Shown here: positions 1 to 19,260 of the stretch, piece by piece
Position numbering within the stretch: position 1 is the stretch's first letter
Layout: each line of letters starts with the position of its first letter
Assembly: GCA_964016885.1 (NCBI GenBank)
Contig: OZ024743.1
Location: forward strand, 315,704,001-315,768,000
DNA length: 64,000 bases
Reading direction: 5' to 3'
DNA from: Eledone cirrhosa
Lineage: Eukaryota
Position numbers and translations under genes: made by a program
Notes under the pieces: model-generated
What the model was told of the DNA's origin: nothing
Database searches by the model: none
The model's input: the letters and a program-made list of their open reading frames with translations, nothing else

Positions 1-3000
1 ACAACACCACCATCAATCAACACCACCATCACACAACACCACCATCGCACAACACCACCATCACACAACACCACCATCACACAACACCACCATCACACAA
101 CACCACAATCATACAACACCACCATCACACAACACCACCATTATACAACACCACCATCACATAACACCACCATCACACAACACCACCATCACACAACACC
201 ACCATCACTCAACACCACCATCACACAACACCTCCATCGCACAACACCACCATCACACTACACCACCATCACACAACACCACCATCATACAACACCACCA
301 TCACACAACACCACCATCACACAACACCACCATCACACAACGCCACCATCACACAACACCACCATCACACAACACTACCATCACTCAACACCACCATCAC
401 ACAACACCACCATCACACAACACCACCATCACACAACAGCACCATCACACACCACTATCACACAACACTGCCATCACACAACACCACCATCACACAACAC
501 CACCATCACACAACACCACCATCACAGAACACCACCACTCACACAACGCCACCATCACACAACGCCACCATCACTCAACACCACCATCACTCAACACGAC
601 CATCACACAACACCACCATCTCACAACACGACCATCACACAACGACACCTCAAACAACAACACCATCACACAACGACACCATCACACAACACCACCATCA
701 CACAACACCACCATCACACAACGCCAACATCACTCAACACCACCATCACACAACACCACCATCATACAACGCCACCATCACACAACGACACCATCACACG
801 ACACCACCATCACACAACACCACCATCATACAACACCACCATCACACGACACCACCATCACACAACCAACACCACCATCATACAACACCACCATCACACG
901 ACACCACCATCACACAACCAACACCACCATCATACAACACCACCATCTCACAACACCACCATCACACAACACCACCATCACACAACACCACCATCATACA
1001 ACACCACTATCACACAACACCACCATCACACAACGCCACCATCGCACAACACCACCATCAAAGAACACCACCATCACACAACGACACCATCACACAACAC
1101 CACCATCACACAACACCACCAACACACAACACCGCCATCATACAACCCCACCATCACACACCACTATCACACAACACGGCCATCACACAACACCACCATC
1201 ATAGAACACAACCATCACACAACACCACCATCACAAAATGCCACCATCACACAACACCACCATCACACAACACCACCATCATACAACGCCACCATCACAC
1301 AACACCACCATCACACGACACCACCATCACAGAACACCACCATCACACAACACCACCATCACACGACACCACCATCACACAATACCACCATCATACAACG
1401 CCACCATCACACAACACCACCCTCACACAACACCACCATCGCACAATACCGGCATCACACAACACCACCGTCACGCAACACCACCATCATACAACGCCAC
1501 CATCACACAACACCACCATCACACAACACCAGCGTCACACAACACCACCATCACACAACAACACCATCACACAACACCACCATCGCACAACACCACCATC
1601 ACACAACACAACCATCGCACAACACCACCATCACACAACACCACCATCACACAACACCACCATCACACAACAACACCATCGCACAACACCACCATCACAC
1701 AACACCACCATCACACAACACCACCATCATACAACACCACCATCACAACACACCGCCATTATACAACACCACCATCACACAACACCACCATCACACAACA
1801 GCACCATCACACACCACTATCACACAACACTGCCATCACACAACACCACCATCACACAACACCACCATCACAGAACACCACCATCACACAACACCACCAT
1901 CATACAACACCACCATCACACCACACCGCCATTATACAACACCACCATCACACAACACCACCATCACACAACACCACCATCACACAACACCACCATCACT
2001 CAACACCACCATCACACAAAACCACCATCGCACAACACCACCATCACACAACACCACCATCACACAACACCACCATCACACAACACCACAATCATACAAC
2101 ACCACCATCACACAACACCACCATTATACAACACCACCATCACATAACACCACCATCACACAACACCACCATCACACAACACCACCATCACTCAACACCA
2201 CCATCACACAACACCTCCATCGCACAACACCACCATCACACAACACCACCATCACACAACACCACCATCATACAACACCACCATCACACAACACCACCAT
2301 CACACAACACCACCATCACACAACGCCACCATCACACAACACCACCATCACACAACACTACCATCACTCAACACCACCATCACACAACACCACCATCACA
2401 CAACACCACCATCACACAACAGCACCATCACACACCACTATCACACAACACTGCCATCACACAACACCACCATCACACAACACCACCATCACAGAACACC
2501 ACCACTCACACAACACCACCATCACACAACGCCACCATCACTCAACACCACCATCACTCAACACGACCATCACACAACACCACCATCTCACAACACGACC
2601 ATCACACAACGACACCTCACACAACAACACCATCACACAACGACACCATCACACAACACCACTATCACACAACACCACCATCACACAACGCCAACATCAC
2701 TCAACACCACCATCACACAACACCACCATCATACAACGCCACCATCACACAACGACACCATCACACGACACCACCATCACACAACACCACCATCATACAA
2801 CACCACCATCACACGACACCACCATCACACAACCAACACCACCATCATACAACACCACCATCACACGACACCACCATCACACAACCAACACCACCATCAT
2901 ACAACACCACCATCTCACAACACCACCATCACACAACACCACCATCACACAACACCACCATCATACAACACCACTATCACACAACACCACCATCACACAA

Positions 3001-6000
3001 CGCCACCATCGCACAACACCACCATCAAACAACACCACCATCACACAACGACACCATCACACAACACCACCATCACACAACACCACCAACACACAACACC
3101 GCCATCATACAACCCCACCATCACACACCACTATCACACAACACGGCCATCACACAACACCACCATCATACAACACAACCATCACACACCACCACCATCA
3201 CAAAATGCCACCATCACACAACACCACCATCACACAACACCACCATCATACAACGCCACCATCACACAACACCACCATCACACGACACCACCATCACAGA
3301 ACACCACCATCACACAACACCACCATCGCACAACACCACCATCACACAACACCACCATCACACAACACCACCATCATACAACACCACCATCACACAACAC
3401 CACCATCACACAACACCGCCATCACACAACGCCACCATCACACAACACCATCATCACACAACACCACCATCACTCAACACCACCATCACACAACACCACC
3501 ATCACACAACACCACCATCACACAACAGCACCATCACACACCACTATCACACAACACTGCCATCACACAACACCACCATCACACAACACCACCATCACAA
3601 AACACCACCACTCACACAACACCACCATCACACAACACCACCATCATACAACACCACCATCACACCACACCGCCATTATACAACACCACCATCACACAAC
3701 ACCACCATCACACAACACCACCATCACACAACACCACCATCGCACAACACCACCATCACACAACACCACCATCACACAACACCACCATCACACAACACCA
3801 CAATCATACAACACCACCATCACACAACACCACCATTATACAACACCACCATCACATTACACCACCATCACACAACACCACCATCACACAACACCACCAT
3901 CACTCAACACCACCATCACACAACACCTCCATCGCACAACACCACCATCACACAACACCACCATCACACAAGACCACCATCATACAACACCACCATCACA
4001 CAACACCACCATCACACAACACCACCATCACACAACGCCACCATCACACAACACCACCATCACACAACACTACCATCACTCAACACCACCATCACACAAC
4101 ACCACCATCACACAACACCACCATCACACAACAGCACCATCACACACCACTATCACACAACACTGCCATCACACAACACCACCATCACACAACACCACCA
4201 TCACAGAACACCACCACTCTCACAACACCACCATCACACAACGCCACCATCACTCAACACCACCATCACTCAACACGACCATCACACAACACCACCATCT
4301 CACAACACGACCATCACACAACGACACCTCACACAACAACACCATCACACAACGACACCATCACACAACACCACCATCACACAACACCACCATCACACAA
4401 CGCCAACATCACTCAACACCACCATCACACAACACCACCATCATACAACGCCACCATCACACAACGACACCATCACACGACACCACCATCACACAACACC
4501 ACCATCATACAACACCACCATCACACGACACCACCATCACACAACCAACACCACCATCATACAACACCACAATCACACGACACCACCATCACACAACCAA
4601 CACCACCATCATACAACACCACCATCTCACAACACCACCATCACACAACACCACCATCACACAACACCACCATCATACAACACCACTATCACACAACACC
4701 ACCATCACACAACGCCACCATCGCACAACACCACCATCAAACAACACCACCATCACACAACGACACCATCACACAACACCACCATCACACAACACCACCA
4801 ACACACAACACCGCCATCATACAACCCCACCATCACACACCACTATCACACAACACGGCCATCACACAACACCACCATCATAGAACACAACCATCACACA
4901 ACACCACCATCACAAAATGCCACCATCACACAACACCACCATCACACAACACCACCATCATACAACGCCACCATCACACAACACCACCATCACACGACAC
5001 CACCATCACAGAACACCACCATCACACAACACCACCATCACACGACACCACCATCACACAATACCACCATCATACAACGCCACCATCACACAACACCACC
5101 CTCACACAACACCACCATCGCACAATACCGGCATCACACAACACCACCGTCACGCAACACCACCATCATACAACGCCACCATCACACAACACCACCATCA
5201 CACAACACCAGCGTCACACAACACCACCATCACACAACAACACCATCACACAACACCACCATCGCACAACACCACCATCACACAACACAACCATCGCACA
5301 ACACCACCATCACACAACACCACCATCACACAACACCACCATCACACAACAACACCATCGCACAACACCACCATCACACAACACCACCATCACACAACAC
5401 CACCATCATACAACACCACCATCACAACACACCGCCATTATACAACACCACCATCACACAACACCACCATCACACAACAGCACCATCACACACCACTATC
5501 ACACAACACTGCCATCACACAACACCACCATCACACAACACCACCATCACAGAACACCACCATCACACAACACCACCATCATACAACACCACCATCACAC
5601 CACACCGCCATTATACAACACCACCATCACACAACACCACCATCACACAACACCACCATCACACAACACCACCATCACTCAACACCACCATCACACAAAA
5701 CCACCATCGCACAACACCACCATCACACAACACCACCATCACACAACACCACCATCACACAACACCACAATCATACAACACCACCATCACACAACACCAC
5801 CATTATACAACACCACCATCACATAACACCACCATCACACAACACCACCATCACACAACACCACCATCACTCAACACCACCATCACACAACACCTCCATC
5901 GCACAACACCACCATCACTCAACACCACCATCACACAACACCACCATCATACAACGCCACCATCACACAACGACACCATCACACGACACCACCATCACAC

Positions 6001-9000
6001 AACACCACCATCATACAACACCACCATCACACGACACCACCATCACACAACCAACACCACCATCATACAACACCACCATCACACGACACCACCATCACAC
6101 AACCAACACCACCATCATACAACACCACCATCTCACAACACCACCATCACACAACACCACCATCACACAACACCACCATCATACAACACCACTATCACAC
6201 AACACCACCATCACACAACGCCACCATCGCACAACACCACCATCAAACAACACCACCATCACACAACGACACCATCACACAACACCACCATCACACAACA
6301 CCACCAACACACAACACCGCCATCATACAACCCCACCATCACACACCACTATCACACAACACGGCCATCACACAACACCACCATCATACAACACAACCAT
6401 CACACACCACCACCATCACAAAATGCCACCATCACACAACACCACCATCACACAACACCACCATCATACAACGCCACCATCACACAACACCACCATCACA
6501 CGACACCACCATCACAGAACACCACCATCACACAACACCACCATCGCACAACACCACCATCACACAACACCACCATCACACAACACCACCATCATACAAC
6601 ACCACCATCACACAACACCACCATCACACAACACCGCCATCACACAACGCCACCATCACACAACACCATCATCACACAACACCACCATCACTCAACACCA
6701 CCATCACACAACACCACCATCACACAACACCACCATCACACAACAGCACCATCACACACCACTATCACACAACACTGCCATCACACAACACCACCATCAC
6801 ACAACACCACCATCACAAAACACCACCACTCACACAACACCACCATCACACAACACCACCATCATACAACACCACCATCACACCACACCGCCATTATACA
6901 ACACCACCATCACACAACACCACCATCACACAACACCACCATCACACAACACCACCATCGCACAACACCACCATCACACAACACCACCATCACACAACAC
7001 CACCATCACACAACACCACAATCATACAACACCACCATCACACAACACCACCATTATACAACACCACCATCACATTACACCACCATCACACAACACCACC
7101 ATCACACAACACCACCATCACTCAACACCACCATCACACAACACCTCCATCGCACAACACCACCATCACACAACACCACCATCACACAACACCACCATCA
7201 TACAACACCACCATCACACAACACCACCATCACACAACACCACCATCACACAACGCCACCATCACACAACACCACCATCACACAACACTACCATCACTCA
7301 ACACCACCATCACACAACACCACCATCACACAACACCACCATCACACAACAGCACCATCACACACCACTATCACACAACACTGCCATCACACAACACCAC
7401 CATCACACAACACCACCATCACAGAACACCACCACTCACACAACACCACCATCACACAACGCCACCATCACTCAACACCACCATCACTCAACACGACCAT
7501 CACACAACACCACCATCTCACAACACGACCATCACACAACGACACCTCACACAACAACACCATCACACAACGACACCATCACACAACACCACCATCACAC
7601 AACACCACCATCACACAACGCCAACATCACTCAACACCACCATCACACAACACCACCATCATACAACGCCACCATCACACAACGACACCATCACACGACA
7701 CCACCATCACACAACACCACCATCATACAACACCACCATCACACGACACCACCATCACACAACCAACACCACCATCATACAACACCACCATCACACGACA
7801 CCACCATCACACAACCAACACCACCATCATACAACACCACCATCTCACAACACCACCATCACACAACACCACCATCACACAACACCACCATCATACAACA
7901 CCACTATCACACAACACCACCATCACACAACGCCACCATCGCACAACACCACCATCAAACAACACCACCATCACACAACGACACCATCACACAACACCAC
8001 CATCACACAACACCACCAACACACAACACCGCCATCATACAACCCCACCATCACACACCACTATCACACAACACGGCCATCACACAACACCACCATCATA
8101 GAACACAACCATCACACAACACCACCATCACAAAATGCCACCATCACACAACACCACCATCACACAACACCACCATCATACAACGCCACCATCACACAAC
8201 ACCACCATCACACGACACCACCATCACAGAACACCACCATCACACAACACCACCATCACACGACACCACCATCACACAATACCACCATCATACAACGCCA
8301 CCATCACACAACACCACCCTCACACAACACCACCATCGCACAATACCGGCATCACACAACACCACCGTCACGCAACACCACCATCATACAACGCCACCAT
8401 CACACAACACCACCATCACACAACACCAGCGTCACACAACACCACCATCACACAACAACACCATCACACAACACCACCATCGCACAACACCACCATCACA
8501 CAACACAACCATCGCACAACACCACCATCACACAACACCACCATCACACAACACCACCATCACACAACAACACCATCGCACAACACCACCATCACACAAC
8601 ACCACCATCACACAACACCACCATCATACAACACCACCATCACAACACACCGCCATTATACAACACCACCATCACACAACACCACCATCACACAACAGCA
8701 CCATCACACACCACTATCACACAACACTGCCATCACACAACACCACCATCACACAACACCACCATCACAGAACACCACCATCACACAACACCACCATCAT
8801 ACAACACCACCATCACACCACACCGCCATTATACAACACCACCATCACACAACACCACCATCACACAACACCACCATCACACAACACCACCATCACTCAA
8901 CACCACCATCACACAAAACCACCATCGCACAACACCACCATCACACAACACCACCATCACACAACACCACCATCACACAACACCACAATCATACAACACC

Positions 9001-12000
9001 ACCATCACACAACACCACCATTATACAACACCACCATCACATAACACCACCATCACACAACACCACCATCACACAACACCACCATCACTCAACACCACCA
9101 TCACACAACACCTCCATCGCACAACACCACCATCACACAACACCACCATCACACAACACCACCATCATACAACACCACCATCACACAACACCACCATCAC
9201 ACAACACCACCATCACACAACGCCACCATCACACAACACCACCATCACACAACACTACCATCACTCAACACCACCATCACACAACACCACCATCACACAA
9301 CACCACCATCACACAACAGCACCATCACACACCACTATCACACAACACTGCCATCACACAACACCACCATCACACAACACCACCATCACAGAACACCACC
9401 ACTCACAGAACACCACCATCACACAACGCCACCATCACTCAACACCACCATCACTCAACACGACCATCACACAACACCACCATCTCACAACACGACCATC
9501 ACACAACGACACCTCACACAACAACACCATCACACAACGACACCATCACACAACACCACCATCACACAACACCACCATCACACAACGCCAACATCACTCA
9601 ACACCACCATCACACAACACCACCATCATACAACGCCACCATCACACAACGACACCATCACACGACACCACCATCACACAACACCACCATCATACAACAC
9701 CACCATCACACGACACCACCATCACACAACCAACACCACCATCATACAACACCACCATCACACGACACCACCATCACACAACCAACACCACCATCATACA
9801 ACACCACCATCTCACAAGACCACCATCACACAACACCACCATCACACAACACCACCATCATACAACACCACTATCACACAACACCACCATCACACAACGC
9901 CACCATCGCACAACACCACCATCAAACAACACCACCATCACACTACGACACCATCACACAACACCACCATCACACAACACCACCAACACACAACACCGCC
10001 ATCATACAACCCCACCATCACACACCACTATCACACAACACGGCCATCACACAACACCACCATCATACAACACAACCATCACACAACACCACCATCACAA
10101 AATGCCACCATCACACAACACCACCATCACAGAACACCACCATCACACAACACCACCATCATACAACACCACCATCACACCACACCGCCATTATACAACA
10201 CCACCATCACACAACACCACCATCACACAACACCACCATCACACAACACCACCATCACTCAACACCACCATCACACAAAACCACCATCGCACAACACCAC
10301 CATCACACAACACCACCATCACACAACACCACCATCACACAACACCACAATCATACAACACCACCATCACACAACACCACCATTATACAACACCACCATC
10401 ACATAACACCACCATCACACAACACCACCATCACACAACACCACCATCACTCAACACCACCATCACACAACACCTCCATCGCACAACACCACCATCACAC
10501 AACACCACCATCACACAACACCACCATCATACAACACCACCATCACACAACACCACCATCACACAACACCACCATCACACAACGCCACCATCACACAACA
10601 CTACCATCACTCAACACCACCATCACACAACACCACCATCACACAACACCACCATCACACAACAGCACCATCACACACCACTATCACACAACACTGCCAT
10701 CACACAACACCACCATCACACAACACCACCATCACAGAACACCACCACTCACACAACACCACCATCACACAACGCCACCATCACTCAACACCACCATCAC
10801 TCAACACGACCATCACACAACACCACCATCTCACAACACGACCATCACACAACGACACCTCACACAACAACACCATCACACAACGACACCATCACACAAC
10901 ACCACCATCACACAACACCACCATCACACAACGCCAACATCACTCAACACCACCATCACACAACACCACCATCATACAACGCCACCATCACACAACGACA
11001 CCATCACACGACACCACCATCACACAACACCACCATCATACAACACCACCATCACACGACACCACCATCACACAACCAACACCACCATCATACAACACCA
11101 CCATCACACGACACCACCTGCACACAACCAACACCACCATCATACAACACCACCATCTCACAAGACCACCATCACACAACACCACCATCACACAACACCA
11201 CCATCATACAACACCACTATCACACAACACCACCATCACACAACGCCACCATCGCACAACACCACCATCAAACAACACCACCATCACACAACGACACCAT
11301 CACACAACACCACCATCACACAACACCACCAACACACAACACCGCCATCATACAACCCCACCATCACACACCACTATCACACAACACGGCCATCACACAA
11401 CACCACCATCATACAACACAACCATCACACAACACCACCATCACAAAATGCCACCATCACACAACACCACCATCACACAACACCACCATCATACAACGCC
11501 ACCATCACACAACACCACCATCACACGACACCACCATCACAGAACACCACCATCACACAACACCACCATCACACGACACCACCATCACACAATACCACCA
11601 TCATACAACGCCACCATCACACAACACCACCCTCACACAACACGACCATCGCACAACACCGGCATCACACAACACCGCCGTCACACAACACCACCATCAT
11701 ACAACGCCACCATCACACAACACCACCATCACACAACACCAGCGTCACACAACACCACCATCACACAACAACACCATCACACAACACCACCATCGCACAA
11801 CACCACCATCACACAACACCACCATCACACAACACAACCATCGCACAACACCACCATCACACAACACCACCATCACACAACACCACCATCACACAACAAC
11901 ACCATCGCACAACACCACCATCACACAACACCACCATCACACAACACCACCATCATACAACACCACCATCACAACACACCGCCATTATACAACACCACCA

Positions 12001-15000
12001 TCACACAACACCACCATCACACAACACCACCATCACACAACACCACCATCACTCAACACCACCATCACACAACACCACCATCGCACAACACCACCATCAC
12101 ACAACACCACCATCACACAACACCACCATCACACAACACCACAATCATACAACACCACCATCACACAACACCACCATTATACAACACCACCATCACATAA
12201 CACCACCATCACACAAACCACCATCACTCAACACCACCATCACTCAACACCACCATCACACAACAGCACCATCGCACAACACCACCATCACACAACACCA
12301 CCATCACACAACACCACCATCATACAACACCACCATCACACAACACCACCATCACACAACACCGCCATCACACAACGCCACCATCACACAACACCATCAT
12401 CACACAACACCACCATCACTCAACACCACCATCACACAACACCACCATCACACAACACCACCATCACACAACAGCACCATCACACACCACTATCACACAA
12501 CACTGCCATCACACAACACCACCATCACACAACACCACCATCACAGAACACCACCACTCACACAACACCACCATCACACAACACCACCATCATACAACAC
12601 CACCATCACACCACACCGCCATTATACAACACCACCATCACACAACACCACCATCACACAACACCACCATCACACAACACCACCATCGCACAACACCACC
12701 ATCACACAACACCACCATCACACAACACCACCATCACACAACACCACAATCATACAACACCACCATCACACAACACCACCATTATACAACACCACCATCA
12801 CATTACACCACCATCACACAACACCACCATCACACAACACCACCATCACTCAACACCACCATCACACAACACCTCCATCGCACGACACCACCATCACACA
12901 ACACCACCATCACACAACACCACCATCATACAACACCACCATCACACAACACCACCATCACACAACACCGCCATCACACAACGCCACCATCACACAACAC
13001 CACAATCACACAACACTACCATCACTCAACACCACCATCACACAACACCACCATCACACAACACCGCCATCATACAACCCCACCATCACACACCACTATC
13101 ACACAACACGGCCATCACACAACACCACCATCATACAACACAACCATCACACAACACCACCATCACACAACACCACCATCGCACAACACCACCATCACAC
13201 AACACCACCATCACACAACACCACCATCATACAACGCCACCATCACACAACACCACCATCACACGACACCACCATCACAGAACACCACCATCACACGACA
13301 CCACCATCACACAATACCACCATCATACAACGCCACCATCACACAACACCACCCTCACACAACACCACCATCGCACAACACCGGCATCACACAACACCAC
13401 CGTCACACAACACCACCATCATACAACGCCACCATCACACAACACCACCATCACACAACACCAGCGTCACACAACACCACCATCACACAACAACACCATC
13501 ACACAACACCACCATCGCACAACACCACCATCACACAACACAACCATCGCACAACACCACCATCACACAACACCACCATCACACAACACCACCATCACAC
13601 AACAACACCATCGCACAACACCACCATCACACAACACCACCATCACACAACACCACCATCATACAACACCACCATCACAACACACCGCCATTATACAACA
13701 CCACCATCACACAACACCACCATCACACAACACCACCATCACACAACACCACCATCACTCAACACCACCATCACACAACACCACCATCGCACAACACCAC
13801 CATCACACAACACCACCATCACACAACACCACCATCACACAACACCACAATCATACAACACCACCATCACACAACACCACCATTATACAACACCACCATC
13901 ACATAACACCACCATCACACAAACCACCATCACTCAACACCACCATCACTCAACACCACCATCACACAACACCACCATCGCACAACACCACCATCACACA
14001 ACACCACCATCACACAACACCACCATCATACAACACCACCATCACACAACACCACCATCACACAACACCGCCATCACACAACGCCACCATCACACAACAC
14101 CATCATCACACAACACCACCATCACTCAACACCACCATCACACAACACCACCATCACACAACACCACCATCACACAACAGCACCATCACACACCACTATC
14201 ACACAACACTGCCATCACACAACACCACCATCACACAACACCACCATCACAGAACACCACCACTCACACAACACCACCATCACACAACACCACCATCATA
14301 CAACACCACCATCACACCACACCGCCATTATACAACACCACCATCACACAACACCACCATCACACAACACCACCATCACACAACACCACCATCACTCAAC
14401 ACCACCATCACACAACACCACCATCGCACAACACCACCATCACACAACACCACCATCACACAACACCACCATCACACAACACCACAATCATACAACACCA
14501 CCATCACACAACACCACCATTATACAACACCACCATCACATTACACCACCATCACACAACACCACCATCACACAACACCACCATCACTCAACACCACCAT
14601 CACACAACACCTCCATCGCACAACACCACCATCACACAACACCACCATCACACAACACCACCATCATACAACACCACCATCACACAACACCACCATCACA
14701 CAACACCGCCATCACACAACGCCACCATCACACAACACCACCATCACACAACACTACCATCACTCAACACCACCATCACACAACACCACCATCACACAAC
14801 ACCACCATCACACAACAGCACCATCACACACCACTATCACACAACACTGCCATCACACAACACCACCATCACACAACACCACCATCACAGAACACCACCA
14901 CTCACACAACACCACCATCACACAACGCCACCATCACTCAACACCACCATCACTCAACACGACCATCACACAACACCACCATCACACAACGACACCATCA

Positions 15001-16490
15001 CACAACACCACCATCACACAACACCACCATCACACAACGCCAACATCACTCAACACCACCATCACACAACACCACCATCATACAACGCCACCATCACACA
15101 ACGACACCATCACACGACACCACCATCACACAACACCACCATCATACAACACCACCATCACACGACGCCACCATCACACAACCAACACCACCATCATACA
15201 ACACCACCATCACACGACACCACCATCACACAACCAACACCACCATCATACAACACCACCATCACACAACACCACCATCACACAACACCACCATCACACA
15301 ACACCACCATCATACAACACCACTATCACACAACACCACCATCACACAACGCCACCATCGCACAACACCACCATCAAACAACACCACCATCACACAACGA
15401 CACCATCACACAACACCACCATCACACAACACCACCAACACACAACACCGCCATCATACAACACCACCATCACACACCACTATCACACAACACGGCCATC
15501 ACACAACACCACCATCATACAACACAACCATCACACAACACCACCATCACAAAATGCCACCATCACACAACACCACCATCACACAACACCACCATCATAC
15601 AACGCCACCATCACACAACACCACCATCACACGACACCACCATCACAGAAAACCACCATCACACAACACCACCATCACACGACACCACCATCACACAATA
15701 CCACCATCATACAACGCCACCATCACACAACACCACCCTCACACAACACCACCATCGCACAACACCGGCATCACACAACACCACCGTCACACAACACCAC
15801 CATCATACAACGCCACCATCACACAACACCACCATCACACAACACTAGCGTCACACAACACCACCATCACACAACAACACCATCACACAACACCACCATC
15901 GCACAACACCACCATCACTCAACACCACCATCACACAACACCACCATCGCACAACACCACCGTCACACAACACCACCATCACATAACACCACCATCACAC
16001 AACGCCACCATCACACAACACCACTATCACACAACACCACCATCACACAATACCACCATCACACAACACCTGCATCACACACCACCATCACACAACACCA
16101 CCATCACACAACACCACCATCACTCAACACCACCATCACACAACACCACCATCGCACAACACCACCCTCACACAACACCACCATCACACAACACCACCAT
16201 CACACAACACCACCATCATATAACACCACCATCACACAACACCACCATTATACAACACCACCATCACACAACACCACCATCACACAACGCCACCATCACA
16301 CAACACCACCATCACTCAACACCACCATCACACAACACCACCATCGCACAACACCACCATCACACAACACCACCATCACACAACACCACCATCACTCAAC
16401 ACCACCATCACACAACACCACCATCGCACAACACCACCATCACACAACACCACCATCACACAACACCACCATTACATAACACCACTATCT
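1..16490. repeat. 16-bp tandem satellite (ACACAACACCACCATC)n with higher-order variant blocks; runs off the left window edge
   Basis: Unit read directly; three units translate to the 16-aa period TTPPSHNTTITQHHHH in all three + frames; decays into CAC/CAT simple repeat by ~16666. Confidence 0.97.
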
Positions 16491-16667
16491 CTAGCAGTTG
16501 CATCATTAAAATCACCACCATCACCATCTCTATCAACAGTAACACCATTGCCACTAATAGCACCACCATCTCTACTATCACCAACACCACTATCCCCAAC
16601 ACCATAATCACCAGCACAATCACTACTATGGTTTGCTACCATCACAATCATAATCACAATCATTAGT

Positions 16668-16830
16668 GAATTGGCAGTATCGGTATCGGTCCAGCGTAGT
16701 TACGTCCCTTTATGATCTGATTTCAAATCCCGCCGAGGTTAACTTTGCCTTTCCTCCTACGGCTCGATAAAATAAAGTACCAGTAATACACTGGGTATTT
16801 GCTGTCCTTGTGCCAAAAGTAGAAAGAATT
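16668..16830 (+). mobile_element. tRNA-derived SINE (family 1, Meta-domain-like core), 5'-degenerate
   Basis: B-box-like TTCAAATCCC followed by GCCGAGGTTAACTTTGCCTTTC...CGATAAAATAAAGTACCAG; related copies at 21230, 46120 and 47265. Confidence 0.8.
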
Positions 16831-17024
16831 ATCACTAATAACCATAAACACGTGTAATTTAAACACAATTTTACAGTATGAAACAATATATGACAAGGCT
16901 GCCCCTTTCAATTAAAAGTAGGATCTATTTCATATAATTCCACAGCTTTCGTCAATCCAATTTCATTCAAAATACTTGTGTCGTTCTGAGGTTATGATAA
17001 AGACATTCGCCCCAAGGTGACACA

Positions 17025-17260
17025 CAGTGGAGGTGGGTGGTCTAGTAGTAAGGCTGTTGGACTTGCGATCTGAATGTCGTGAGTTCGATTGTGTGTTGTA
17101 TTCTTGAGCAAAAATATTCATTTCACGTTGCTCCAGTATACTCAGTACTAAAATCAGTACTAGCAATCGCTGGCGTCCTGTCCAGGGGGAGTCATCAACT
17201 CTCAGATGCGGAAACTATGATAAGCATCGGCCTGATAAGGCCCCAGGCTCGAAACAGAGT
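17025..17260 (+). mobile_element. tRNA-derived SINE (family 2)
   Basis: A-box-like GGTGGTCTAGTAG, B-box GAGTTCGATT, core TTCTTGAGCAAAAATATTCATTTCACGTTGCTCCAG; second copy at ~22640-22795 (-). Confidence 0.7.
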
Positions 17261-18097
17261 TTAGAGACACACAGTGGCATCAAACCTGTAGTGACCTACA
17301 TTCCGAGGGCTCATGGATACATTCTCCGTACGTTGTTTGGCTCAGTTCAGCCAATCGCTATCAACGTATGAGAATGTGTCTCGACTTCCGCCCACAGGGA
17401 AAAATTCCCGCGGCAATGCAAAACTCTCTCTCTTGCTGATTTAGACTCTGAAAGGTGAACACGCAATAATGTAACGGTGAGATTTTCACTTTGGCCTGTC
17501 GGCCGCCTTTGGCCCGGCTCAGCGCCTTTTCTTTACTTCTTAAAACTCTTAATTTTGTCTGTTCTCTTCTTTGACTTGTCAACCCAGCTTAACATTTGTG
17601 GTCGGTTCTAAATAAGCTTGTAAAATATTATAAAGTCTCATAATATTATTTTCTACGAAGCCTACAATGAACTTCAACTACTTCAACAAACATTCACTTT
17701 ATGGCTAACTTTGCCTCTCTCTCACTTAACGTTACATTTCTCACTATAACAAATAACAACCATGTTATCATCATAATAACCACTAGAAATACCCTTCGAT
17801 AAAAACCTGAGACTACATGATTGAGAAGTGAAATTCTTAACCACGCAGCTATTCCAGTGTTTACTGTCTTAGTCATAAAAAACAACACCCATTGGGAAAA
17901 TCTAGCCAAGAGTTATTTATGGCTGGAACAGCTTTGATCATATAAATCTGCTTTGTAAGAGCTGACCTTGCTAAGAAATAACTGTCTATCACAGAATACA
18001 ACTATAATACAGTATACAAGTATACAGTATACAAGAGTTACCTCCTCTTTATCTGATAGATAGATACATAGAAAGATGGATAGGTATGTAGACAGCC

Positions 18098-18099
<2 letters not shown>

Positions 18100-18181
<82 letters not shown>

Positions 18182-18491
18182 AAGCTTAGTAAAATCGAAG
18201 CTTTGGCTGTGAGCAAGCAAAAGTCGACCTACAATATGAATGAGTTAGCAAAGCACTCAATAAGGGTAGGTATATATATATATATATATACAGAGAGAGA
18301 GAGAGAATAATAGAAGCAATGGAAGAAAGTGAATGTCTAAATACCGTAGATAATGTTCGATGGTAACATCACTGTGAGATCCAAGACTGAAGACTGCGCA
18401 GTGAGAATTCAAAACGCGGCGACTCATTACATACAGAACATTGACATTTTAAATTAATATCCATTTTATTTTATATGCATTCCAGTACATT

Positions 18492-18552
<61 letters not shown>

Positions 18553-18740
18553 GCATACATACATACATAGATACATATATATATATATATATATATATAC
18601 ATTCATATATACACATACATGTGTATATGTATAAATATATATTGAATATATATATATATAGATATATATATACATATACTTATACAAATCCATATAGATG
18701 TGTGTATACATTTATATATACATGTACGTATATATGCGTG

Positions 18741-18808
<68 letters not shown>

Positions 18809-18848
18809 AATTCAATAAATACAAAATATATACGGCTTTATGTGCATA

Positions 18849-18907
<59 letters not shown>

Positions 18908-19040
18908 AGCAAAACGACCGAATATACACGACTATCTAAACATATATATATAAATATGAGTAGGTGCATGTATACATAAATGGATATGAGTGTGCGTATG
19001 TATACATGTATCTAATATATATATATATATATATATATAC
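18100..19040. repeat. Cluster of (TA)n, (TG)n and (GA)n microsatellites
   Basis: Direct reading. Confidence 0.95.
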
Positions 19041-19260
19041 ATTTGTGTGTATGTGTGTCTAAGTGTAAGTGTGTGCATGTAATCTCTAAGTGAATGGATA
19101 AGGAGAGAGAAAAAAATCTACTTTCACAACTAAAATGTATTTTCATTATTGATTTTCTTCTTCAACACAGATTTCTATCTTTAATTCTCTGGCGAGAATG
19201 AAAAATGGATAAAAAGTATTCCTTTTGACTTGTTGCCATCAACAGACTTGTCGCTGCTAC

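Noticed and set aside
1-16490. Telomeric repeat or CRISPR array
   Set aside because: Not TTAGGG-type, and there are no unique spacers or cas genes; the context is eukaryotic
1238-16666. Giant His/Thr/Pro-rich ORFs (up to 2287 aa) resembling a histidine-rich glycoprotein or mucin
   Set aside because: A 16-bp unit is not a codon multiple; all three frames give the same peptide, indels switch frames freely, and there is no signal peptide or unique domain
17025-17095. tRNA gene
   Set aside because: A/B-box-like head continues into a SINE body and no acceptor stem is evident
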